This document shows positions 29,154-36,156 of a stretch of DNA of 49,573 nt, piece after piece. Each line of letters begins with the position of its first letter. Position 1 is the stretch's first letter. A program made the position numbers and the translations under genes. Under the pieces are notes generated by a model. That model had not been told where the DNA came from. It saw only the letters and a program-made list of their open reading frames with translations, and ran no database searches. This stretch comes from an uncultured Armatimonadia bacterium (GTDB lineage Bacteria; Armatimonadota; Zipacnadia; Zipacnadales; FEN-943): NCBI GenBank assembly GCA_964608495.1, contig CAZSOQ010000003.1, positions 1 through 49,573 on the forward strand. The letters are read 5' to 3'.

Positions 29154-29738
29154 ATGTCCGAGATGAAGGTGAAGATCTGCGTCGTAGGCTCGGCCGGGGG
29201 TCCGATGGACGAGGGGATCTCGGCCCAGGCCCGCCTTCTCGGCAGGACAGTGGCCGAGCGAGGCTGCGTTCTGATCACGGGCGCCTGCCCCGGCTACCCG
29301 CAGCAGGCGGTGCTGGGGGCCAAGGAGAGGGGCGGGTTCGTGGTGGGCATATCGCCGGCGCTGAGCTGGAAGGAGCACGTCGAGCGGTACCACGCGCCCT
29401 GGCGCGAGTATGACGCCCTGGTCTACGCCGGGAGCGGGCTGATGGGGCGCGAGGTACACATCATTCGCACGGGCGACGTCGTGCTAGTGGTGGCGGGCCG
29501 GTCAGGCACGCTGGGCGAGTTCGCGATAGCCTACGACGAAGGGAAGCTGATCGGCGTGCTGGAGGGGACGGGCGGCGTGGCGGACCACGTCCCGGCGCTG
29601 CTGCAGGTGCTGAACAAGGACACCGGAGCGGACCTGTTATTCGACGCGGAGCCGGTGGCCCTGGTGGACCGCGCGCTGGAGATGCACGAGCAGCAGGTGG
29701 CCGCCGGCAAGGCCTACGTCATCCCGGACCGGGAGTAG
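29154..29738 (+). CDS. LOG/SLOG family protein (TIGR00725-like)
   Basis: ICVVGS, LITGACPG, VVGISP, GRSGTLGEFAIAY, GTGGVAD. Confidence 0.82.
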   Translation: MSEMKVKICVVGSAGGPMDEGISAQARLLGRTVAERGCVLITGACPGYPQQAVLGAKERGGFVVGISPALSWKEHVERYHAPWREYDALVYAGSGLMGREVHIIRTGDVVLVVAGRSGTLGEFAIAYDEGKLIGVLEGTGGVADHVPALLQVLNKDTGADLLFDAEPVALVDRALEMHEQQVAAGKAYVIPDRE

Positions 29739-29758
29739 GTAGGTGCCGGCGGGTCGGC

Positions 29759-31111
29759 TCAGGACTCGGGCGACGGGCCGGCAAGGGTGGCCAGCATCCG
29801 CGCCGAGGCCGGGAAGTAACCCTCGACCACGGCCGACACCTCGGCGGCGAAACGTTTGAGCATCATGACCGTGTCGGGCACGGAGACGTTGAAGGCCTGG
29901 AGATCGAGCAGGGCCGGGGCGTCGAGGACCAGCTCCACCGCCGAGCCGGCCGATAGGCGGCCTACATAGCTCAGCAGGTCCACCAGATTGACGTAGGCAT
30001 CCGTGCCCCGGTAATCCTCCGGCCGCGCCAGCACATCCACCTCGTAGGCCTCGTCCGGCAAGCCCGCAGCCAGCATCGCCATCCGCCTGAGCAGGCAGGG
30101 CACGCAGCCCCCGCACTGCCGGTGCCGACGCCCGGCCATCCAACAGCTCACGGTCTGCTGGATCTCCTCGATCCGCAGGACCGGCCGCAGCACGTCCCTG
30201 ATGACCTCGGCCTTGGTCTGGTAGAGGAAGGGGTTGAGGATGCGTCCCGGCAGGCCCAGGCCCCCCGTCAGCGAGGTGAACAGGCCCAGCACGGCGGGAT
30301 GGGTGCTGCGCGTGGACAGCGCCCCCGCGCGGCTGGGCGACAGGGGCAGGGCGGCGGTGAGCACGCCGTTCTCGCACAGGTAGACCTCTGGAGTGGACAG
30401 GCCTGCCGCCGCGGCGGCGCCGAGGGCCATGAAGAGCAGAGAGCGGGACCGGCGCGACGGCTCGCGCAGCTCGGCCGGTGGGAAGGGTAGGGAGCGGGGC
30501 GTGAGGCTGGGCATCAGCGTGACGCCCGCCCCGTGGAACCGCCCGCCCAGGCGAGTGAACACGTCGCTCAGCCTGCGCTGGGCCTCGGCGATGGTGGGGT
30601 TGCCCGAACGGTGGGTGACGAAGAGGGGTCGGCGTTCGGCCCGCAGGAGCATGACCGCGCCGGCCAGTGAGTCCAGTCCGCCCGACACCAGGCACACACA
30701 GTCGGCATCGCAGGGCTTGCCCGCGGCGCCCGCGGGCGGCTCTGGCTCGCGAGCATAGAAGTGAAGGCCAAGGTTGTCGCCCAGGAGCAGATAGAGCAGG
30801 CGGCCGAGCGTCCGGGCCTGGCCCTGCCAGAGGCCCGGGTCGCGCAGGGGCAGGTGCAGCTCCAGGGAACGAACGAACTGCTCGTTGCGGCCTCGTGGGA
30901 CGGCCAGGTCGGTGAGGAAGACAGCGCCGACGAGATCGGCAAGGTCGGCCACGCTGGGGGAGAGCGGCCCGGCGGCCTCCTCCAGGGCCGAGAGATCGAA
31001 GATGGCGTTGCGGCGAGGGGAGCGCCAGTCGAGCTGGACGAAGGCGCCGGGCGCGAGGGCGTCGCGGTCGGCCGGGGACAGCCCCTCTGGGACAACGGCC
31101 ACGACGCTCAC
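29759..31111 (-). CDS. QatC-like QueC-family (7-cyano-7-deazaguanine synthase-like) PP-loop protein
   Basis: SGGLDS PP-loop, RSRSLLF, ENG, STRSTHP, NPFLYQTKAE, TVSC and CGGCVPCLLRR Zn site. It is 450 aa with the N-terminal extension (DL..AV..D...R; LLGD) typical of QatC and absent from canonical QueC. Confidence 0.88.
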   Translation of the reverse strand: MSVVAVVPEGLSPADRDALAPGAFVQLDWRSPRRNAIFDLSALEEAAGPLSPSVADLADLVGAVFLTDLAVPRGRNEQFVRSLELHLPLRDPGLWQGQARTLGRLLYLLLGDNLGLHFYAREPEPPAGAAGKPCDADCVCLVSGGLDSLAGAVMLLRAERRPLFVTHRSGNPTIAEAQRRLSDVFTRLGGRFHGAGVTLMPSLTPRSLPFPPAELREPSRRSRSLLFMALGAAAAAGLSTPEVYLCENGVLTAALPLSPSRAGALSTRSTHPAVLGLFTSLTGGLGLPGRILNPFLYQTKAEVIRDVLRPVLRIEEIQQTVSCWMAGRRHRQCGGCVPCLLRRMAMLAAGLPDEAYEVDVLARPEDYRGTDAYVNLVDLLSYVGRLSAGSAVELVLDAPALLDLQAFNVSVPDTVMMLKRFAAEVSAVVEGYFPASARMLATLAGPSPES

Positions 31112-31887
31112 ACGGCACCCCCCGCGCCGATGAGGTCGAAGCCCTGGCCCATGGTGTCGAGAAGGAAGCTCTGAAGGCGTGGCAGGCGCTCGGTCTCGGG
31201 CGCGGCCAGGGCGTCGCCGAGCAGGGGCTCGGCGGACCCCAAGGGAAGGCGGCTGATGCTGTCGCGGCAGAAGGAGGCGACGCCGTCGAGAAGCTGGTGG
31301 GCCTGGCCCACCGTGGGGAAGGCGGGTGTGCCCACGAAGTCGCTGAGATCGCGGTCAACGAAGTAGCGGAAGGCGCGGTCCAGGTCGTAGCCGAGGAAGT
31401 GGCCCGACAGCTCGTGCAGGCGCCCCTCGTGCGCGTAGCCGGCGATGCGGGCGTCGGCCTCCGCCGGCGTCACCCCGGTGAGGAGCGCTGGGCGGCCGCC
31501 GGTGGCGATCTCCATCGCCGCCACGGCCAGCCCGTCCACGGCCAGCTCGGCGAAGCGGGACGCGGCTGACCACTCGACGATCCGCTCCTGAGCCGTGCCG
31601 CGCAGGGCCGCAGCGAAGGAGAGCGCCACAGGGCCGGCGGGAGGCATGCCGGCGTCGTCCAGCAGGGCGCCGAGGCCCGAGGTCGCGACCTGCTGCGCGC
31701 CGGTCAGCATGGTGTCCAGGCACAGGGCGACACCCCGATCGCACATGGCCACGCGCGTAAGGGAGTCGAGGGCCTGCACGATGCGGCCCGCCACCTGTCC
31801 CGGCTCGGGGTTAGGCTGCCGGTAGAGCTCTCGCACCCGTTCCCACTCGGGGGTGGCGGGCGAGCGATGGGAGCTAGAGGTTCCCAA
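31108..31887 (-). CDS. QatB-like protein (N-terminal MGTS), putative substrate of the adjacent QueC-like enzyme
   Basis: TTG start giving MGTSSSHRSP; an in-frame TGA three codons upstream fixes the start; GGTGA SD 6 nt upstream; GTGA overlap with the QatC-like gene; helical-looking body. Confidence 0.72.
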   Translation of the reverse strand: MGTSSSHRSPATPEWERVRELYRQPNPEPGQVAGRIVQALDSLTRVAMCDRGVALCLDTMLTGAQQVATSGLGALLDDAGMPPAGPVALSFAAALRGTAQERIVEWSAASRFAELAVDGLAVAAMEIATGGRPALLTGVTPAEADARIAGYAHEGRLHELSGHFLGYDLDRAFRYFVDRDLSDFVGTPAFPTVGQAHQLLDGVASFCRDSISRLPLGSAEPLLGDALAAPETERLPRLQSFLLDTMGQGFDLIGAGGAV

Positions 31888-32103
31888 GGCGTGTCACCAT
31901 TGACGCCGGCCGCGTCGAGGATCCCGGCGCGGAAGGGCATGCGCCGCTAGGCGCCGGCAGGAAGCCTTCCGGTTGTCGCATCGGTGGAAGACGAACCCTC
32001 CCCGCCCCGGCTGGAGCCGTCATTCATGAGACTATACAGGAGGTGCGCCAAACCATCCAGTCCCTCGGGCCCACTCACCCGACCCGGCGCGGGGGCCCCG
32101 GCG

Positions 32104-32943
32104 TCACTCGGCCAGCATCCCTCGCGCGGCCTCGAGCCATTGCACCATTCGCTGGCGGTTGGCGGGCATGGCCTCCTCGGGATCAGGCAGCTTGGGGCGC
32201 CAGAGCTTCTCGTACTCGTCGGATAGGAAGCCATCGTAGCCTGCGGCCAGGAGGTGGGCGAGGATCAGCGGCCAGTCCACCTGGCCCTGGCCCAGGGGCA
32301 CGGAGCTCACTTCCCTGCCCCGTCTGACCAGGTCCTTGACGTGCACGTGGGCGGTGAGGGGAGCCAGGTCAGGCATGACGGCGTCAGGTTCGGTGTCGCC
32401 GGCCGCGTACAGCCAGTAGTAGTCCAGGATCAGCCGGACGTGGGGGTGATCCACGAGCTGGAGGAGGGAGAGAGCCTGCTCGCTGTCGGCGGCGAGGGTG
32501 CCGCCGTGGGTCTCGACGCCGAGGGTGACCCCGAGGGGCGCCACGGCGTCGCCGGCGGCCCGCAAGCCGTCGGCAGCCCGGCGCTCGGCTTGGGCGAAGG
32601 AGAGGCCCTCGAGGGGCCACTTGCCGGGGACGGCCCGCACGATCCTGCAGCCCAGGACCTGGGCGGCGCGGGCAACGCGGGTGAGCCCCTCGACGGTCCG
32701 GGCAGTGGCCTCGGGAGTGGAGTAGTCCCCGTGGTAGGGCGTCAGGCAGGCGATCTCGAGGCCCAACTGAGCGGCCCGCTCGCTGATGCTCCTCAGCCGC
32801 TCCTCGCGAGCGTCTTCGGGCTGCAACTGGCCATTGTCTGCGCAGCGAATCTCGATGCCCTGGTGGCCGATCTCGGCGAAGAAGGCCATGGCCTCATCCA
32901 GCGAGTAGGCGGGTGTGCCCATGGTATGACCACACAGCTTCAT
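32104..32943 (-). CDS. Sugar phosphate isomerase/epimerase TIM-barrel protein
   Basis: GIEIR, VETH, ILD, HVHVKD, LGQGQVDW, SDEYE; GGAGGAG RBS. Confidence 0.85.
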   Translation of the reverse strand: MKLCGHTMGTPAYSLDEAMAFFAEIGHQGIEIRCADNGQLQPEDAREERLRSISERAAQLGLEIACLTPYHGDYSTPEATARTVEGLTRVARAAQVLGCRIVRAVPGKWPLEGLSFAQAERRAADGLRAAGDAVAPLGVTLGVETHGGTLAADSEQALSLLQLVDHPHVRLILDYYWLYAAGDTEPDAVMPDLAPLTAHVHVKDLVRRGREVSSVPLGQGQVDWPLILAHLLAAGYDGFLSDEYEKLWRPKLPDPEEAMPANRQRMVQWLEAARGMLAE

Positions 32944-32997
32944 CGGCGCTCCTCCTCGGGGCAGGCCTGCCCCGCGCGGTCATGAGACAACAGGCCA

Positions 32998-33034
32998 ATT
33001 CCGGCATCAAGGATTTCCTCCTCTAGCGGGGAAT
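32998..33034. promoter_or_regulatory. Overlapping divergent SigH-like promoters (AGGA-N17-GAAT on both strands)
   Basis: Plus strand: AGGA 33010-33013 and GAAT 33031-33034. Minus strand: AGGA 33022-33019 and GAAT 33001-32998. Confidence 0.55.
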
Positions 33035-33087
33035 CGGAGAACGAGTGGAATCCAGCCTGTCATGCCTGGCCTAAGGAGGCGCTCGAT

Positions 33088-33870
33088 GTGAAGAAAGGTA
33101 TCTGCTTCTCATGCCTGCCGGGGTCCCTGCCCTTGCGAGACCGTCTGAAACTGGCCAAGGAGGCGGGGATAGAGGGCATCGAGATCCCGCAATTCGAAAC
33201 GCAGGCGCAAGTGGAGGAAGTAGCGGCCGTGGCGGCGGAACTGGGCATCGAGGTCCACAGCGTGATGGGGGGCACGCACTGGCAGCTCCCCTTGTCGAGC
33301 ACGGACGAGGAGGTGCGGCTGCAGGGGGTAGAGGGCATCAAGAGGGCGCTGCAGGTGGCGAAGTGGGCCGGGGCGCCGGTGGTGCTGGTGGTGCCCGGCG
33401 TGGTGAACGACGACGTGTCCTATGCGGCGGCCTACGAGCTGTCGCGCAAGAGCCTGTACGAGATCCTGCCGGTGGCCGAGGAGCTGGGCGTGGCCATGCT
33501 CCTCGAGAACGTGTGGAACAAGTTCCTCCTTAGCCCCCTGGAGATGCGGGACTACATTGACAGCTTCGAGACGCCCCTGGTGCAGGGCTACTTCGACGTG
33601 GGGAACATCCTCCTCTACGGCTACCCGCACCAGTGGATCGAGATCCTGGGCGACCGGGTGAAGCGGATTCACGTGAAGGACTTCGACGTGAATACCCGGC
33701 AGTTCGTCGCCCTGCTGACAGGGAGCGTGGACTGGCCCCGGGTCGCGAACGCCCTGCGCGGCATCGGCTACGATGGCTACGTGACGGCCGAGGTGCCGGG
33801 CTACAAGCACGCGCCGGAGATCTTCGTCAGGCAGGTGGGCATGGCGCTGGAGTTCATCGTCAACGCCTGA
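33088..33870 (+). CDS. Sugar phosphate isomerase/epimerase (hexulose-6-phosphate isomerase/UlaE-like)
   Basis: VLVVPG, LENVWNKFLLSPLEM, YFDVGN, IHVKDF, GSVDW; AAGGAGG RBS. Confidence 0.88.
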   Translation: MKKGICFSCLPGSLPLRDRLKLAKEAGIEGIEIPQFETQAQVEEVAAVAAELGIEVHSVMGGTHWQLPLSSTDEEVRLQGVEGIKRALQVAKWAGAPVVLVVPGVVNDDVSYAAAYELSRKSLYEILPVAEELGVAMLLENVWNKFLLSPLEMRDYIDSFETPLVQGYFDVGNILLYGYPHQWIEILGDRVKRIHVKDFDVNTRQFVALLTGSVDWPRVANALRGIGYDGYVTAEVPGYKHAPEIFVRQVGMALEFIVNA

Positions 33871-33899
33871 GCCCGACGGCGCGGACGGTACTGTCGGGC
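33871..33899. terminator. Hairpin between convergent genes, possible terminator
   Basis: GCCCGACGG...CTGTCGGGC inverted repeat immediately after the stop codon. Confidence 0.35.
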
Positions 33900-34053
33900 C
33901 CGGGGTGCCGGTGGGACGCCGGGCCACGCCGTCAGTCTAGTCTAGCGGACCTCTGTGGCGGGGGGCGGCCGCGAGCCGCTCCCCGCTGCCTTCAGGCGTG
34001 CTGGGAGGGCGTCGCCGGCAGAGATGCGAGCGTCGGGGCATGTCAGGGGGGTG

Positions 34054-35454
34054 CTACTGGAAGCTCCGGCGCCAGCGGGTGCCCTCGGCGGTGTCCTCGA
34101 GGACAATGCCACGCTGGAGCAGCTCGTCCCGGATGGCGTCGGCGCGGGCGTAGTCCTTGGCGGCCCGGGCGTCCCGGCGCTCCTGGATGAGCCGCTCAAC
34201 GTCCTGGTCGAGAGCCCCCTTGTCGTGATCCAGGAAGCCGAGGACCTGGTCCACCCGAGCAAAGAGATCGAGGACGGCCTCGGCAGCGCCCCGCGTGAGT
34301 CCCGCCGCCAGCAGCATCGGGTTGATGGCGCGGACGAGGTCGAAGACCGTGGCCATGGCCTGCGGGATGTTCAGGTCGTCGCGCAGGGCGGCCTCGAAGT
34401 CAGCCTCGGCGCGGGCCACGGCGTCGCGCACGGCCTGCGATGGCTCACCCTCGGCCGTCACCTCGCTCAGCCGGTCCATGAAGTCCCACAGCCGGAAGAC
34501 GGCCGCGGTGCTCTGGCGCAGGCCCTCGATGGTGAAGTTGAGCTGCTTGCGGTAGGCGGCGGTCATGAGCTGGTGGCGGATGGCCATGGGCTCGTGGCCC
34601 TGCTCGATCAGGTCGCGGAGGGTGAAGAAGTTGCCGAGGGACTTGGACATCTTCTGGCCCTCGACGATCAGGTGCTCGATGTGGACCCAGAGGCGGACGA
34701 ACTTCTCGCCGGTGGCGCCCTCGCTCTGGGCGATCTCGTTCTCGTGGTGAGGGAAGACAAGGTCCACGCCCCCGACGTGCAGGTCGAGGGTATGGCCCAG
34801 GTACTGCATTGACATCACGGAGCACTCGATGCTCCACCCGGGACGGCCGGGCCCCCAGGGGCTGTCCCAGCAGGGCTCACCGGGCTTGGCCGCCTTCCAC
34901 AGGGCGAAGTCGCGCACGCTCTCGCGGTCGTACTCGTCCGAGTCCAGGCGGCTGTACTCCTCGGCCGTCGCGCTGTCCTGGACGGATAGGCCCGAGAGCA
35001 GACCGTAGCGAGGGAAGCTCGAGATGTCGAAGTAGACGCTGCCGTCGCGGACGTAGGCGTGGCCGCGCTCCAGCAGCGTCTGGATCATCTCGATCATCTG
35101 CGGTATGTGCTCGGTGGCGCGCGGGTTCCGCCAGGAGGGCCAGACGCGCAGCGTGGCCAGGTCCTCCAGGAAGAGCTGCAGGTAGCGGTCGGTATACTCG
35201 CGCAGGCTCTCGGCCCCTTCCTGGGAGCGGGCGATGGTCTTGTCGTCCACGTCCGTGATGTTCATCACGTTGTGGACGTCCCAGCCGAGGTAGCAGAAGG
35301 TGCGGACCAGGAGGTCGCTGACGAGCAAGGACCGCATGTTGCCGATGTGGGCGACATCGTAGACCGTGGGGCCACAGGTGTACATGGTGACGGTGTGGCC
35401 GTCGGCCGGCGCGAAGTCCTCGAGATGACGGGTCTGGGTGTTGTACAACCGCAT
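34054..35454 (-). CDS. cysS: Cysteine--tRNA ligase
   Basis: YTCGPTVY, HIGN, NITDVDDK, DFALWK, GRPGW-IEC, FPHHENEIAQ, KMSKS, C-terminal ADAIRDEL...GIVLED. Confidence 0.96.
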   Translation of the reverse strand: MRLYNTQTRHLEDFAPADGHTVTMYTCGPTVYDVAHIGNMRSLLVSDLLVRTFCYLGWDVHNVMNITDVDDKTIARSQEGAESLREYTDRYLQLFLEDLATLRVWPSWRNPRATEHIPQMIEMIQTLLERGHAYVRDGSVYFDISSFPRYGLLSGLSVQDSATAEEYSRLDSDEYDRESVRDFALWKAAKPGEPCWDSPWGPGRPGWSIECSVMSMQYLGHTLDLHVGGVDLVFPHHENEIAQSEGATGEKFVRLWVHIEHLIVEGQKMSKSLGNFFTLRDLIEQGHEPMAIRHQLMTAAYRKQLNFTIEGLRQSTAAVFRLWDFMDRLSEVTAEGEPSQAVRDAVARAEADFEAALRDDLNIPQAMATVFDLVRAINPMLLAAGLTRGAAEAVLDLFARVDQVLGFLDHDKGALDQDVERLIQERRDARAAKDYARADAIRDELLQRGIVLEDTAEGTRWRRSFQ

Positions 35455-35691
35455 CCTCGGCCACCTCCTTGGTCTCGAAGCAGGCGGGGCCCCGGGCGGA
35501 TCGGTGTAACCTGGAGTCCCGCCACCGGGCCGTCAACCGCGAAGGTCGGGGAGGGAGTTGACGTCCCCTGCCGGACAGACCTGCCACGCGCGTCGGCCCC
35601 GGCAGGCTCGGGCGGACGGAAGGTGACGAAGCCGGCAGCCCGGAGTGGTGGGGCGCCGGGAGCCCCTCGGCCCCCGGCCTATCACCTTCGG

Positions 35692-35919
35692 CTAGACGTC
35701 GTAGGGCAGCAGGGCGACCTCGCGCGCACGCTTGATACACTGGGAGAGCTGGTTCTGGTGCTTGCGACAGGTGCCGGTCTGCCGCGCCTTGCGGATCCGG
35801 CCCCGGTCGTCGAGGTAGTCAGCCAGCATCTCTATGTTCTTGTAGTCCATGAGGCGCGAGGAATCCACGCAGAAGGTGCAGTGCTTCCGGCGCTTTTTGC
35901 GGCGTGGTGCTTGGGCCAC
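35692..35919 (-). CDS. rpsR: 30S ribosomal protein S18 (Zn-ribbon form)
   Basis: CTFC...DYKN...GRI...TGTCRKHQ...IKRAREVALLPY; AAGGAGG RBS. Confidence 0.95.
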   Translation of the reverse strand: MAQAPRRKKRRKHCTFCVDSSRLMDYKNIEMLADYLDDRGRIRKARQTGTCRKHQNQLSQCIKRAREVALLPYDV

Positions 35920-36002
35920 GGTTTGTGTTCCTCCTTACTCAGGACACAAGGCCGCCCGCATACTTCTCGGGCGGCCGGCACAAGGCCTTGAGTTCGCCGT
36001 CT

Positions 36003-36031
36003 ATCGTACCCCAGGCGCGGGCCGGAGTCAA
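36003..36031 (-). promoter_or_regulatory. Putative sigma70 promoter of rpsR
   Basis: Minus strand TTGACT-N17-TACGAT. Confidence 0.65.
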
Positions 36032-36081
36032 CGGGGCCTCGGGGGCCGCCGGGCGTCGCCCGCCCGGGGCGGGCCGGCAAC

Positions 36082-36106
36082 AGGAGGCCGCCCGTTGAGG
36101 GCGAAG
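36082..36106 (+). promoter_or_regulatory. SigH-like promoter motif AGGA-N17-GAAG
   Basis: (C)AGGA-ggccgcccgttgagggc-GAAG about 50 nt upstream of the ATG at 36157. Confidence 0.4.
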
Positions 36107-36156
36107 TCAGAGAGGTCCCTGCGGCCGAGGAGGACTCCCGAGGGGGTACAGTCACG

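Noticed and set aside
29759-31111. Calling this gene canonical queC of queuosine biosynthesis
   Set aside because: It is about twice the length of QueC, has a QatC-type N-terminal domain and STRSTHP motif, has no queD/queE neighbours and is coupled to an MGTS protein.
29000-33000. Mobile defence island around the QatBC-like pair
   Set aside because: No integrase, transposase, tRNA attachment site, flanking repeats or obvious composition shift were visible.
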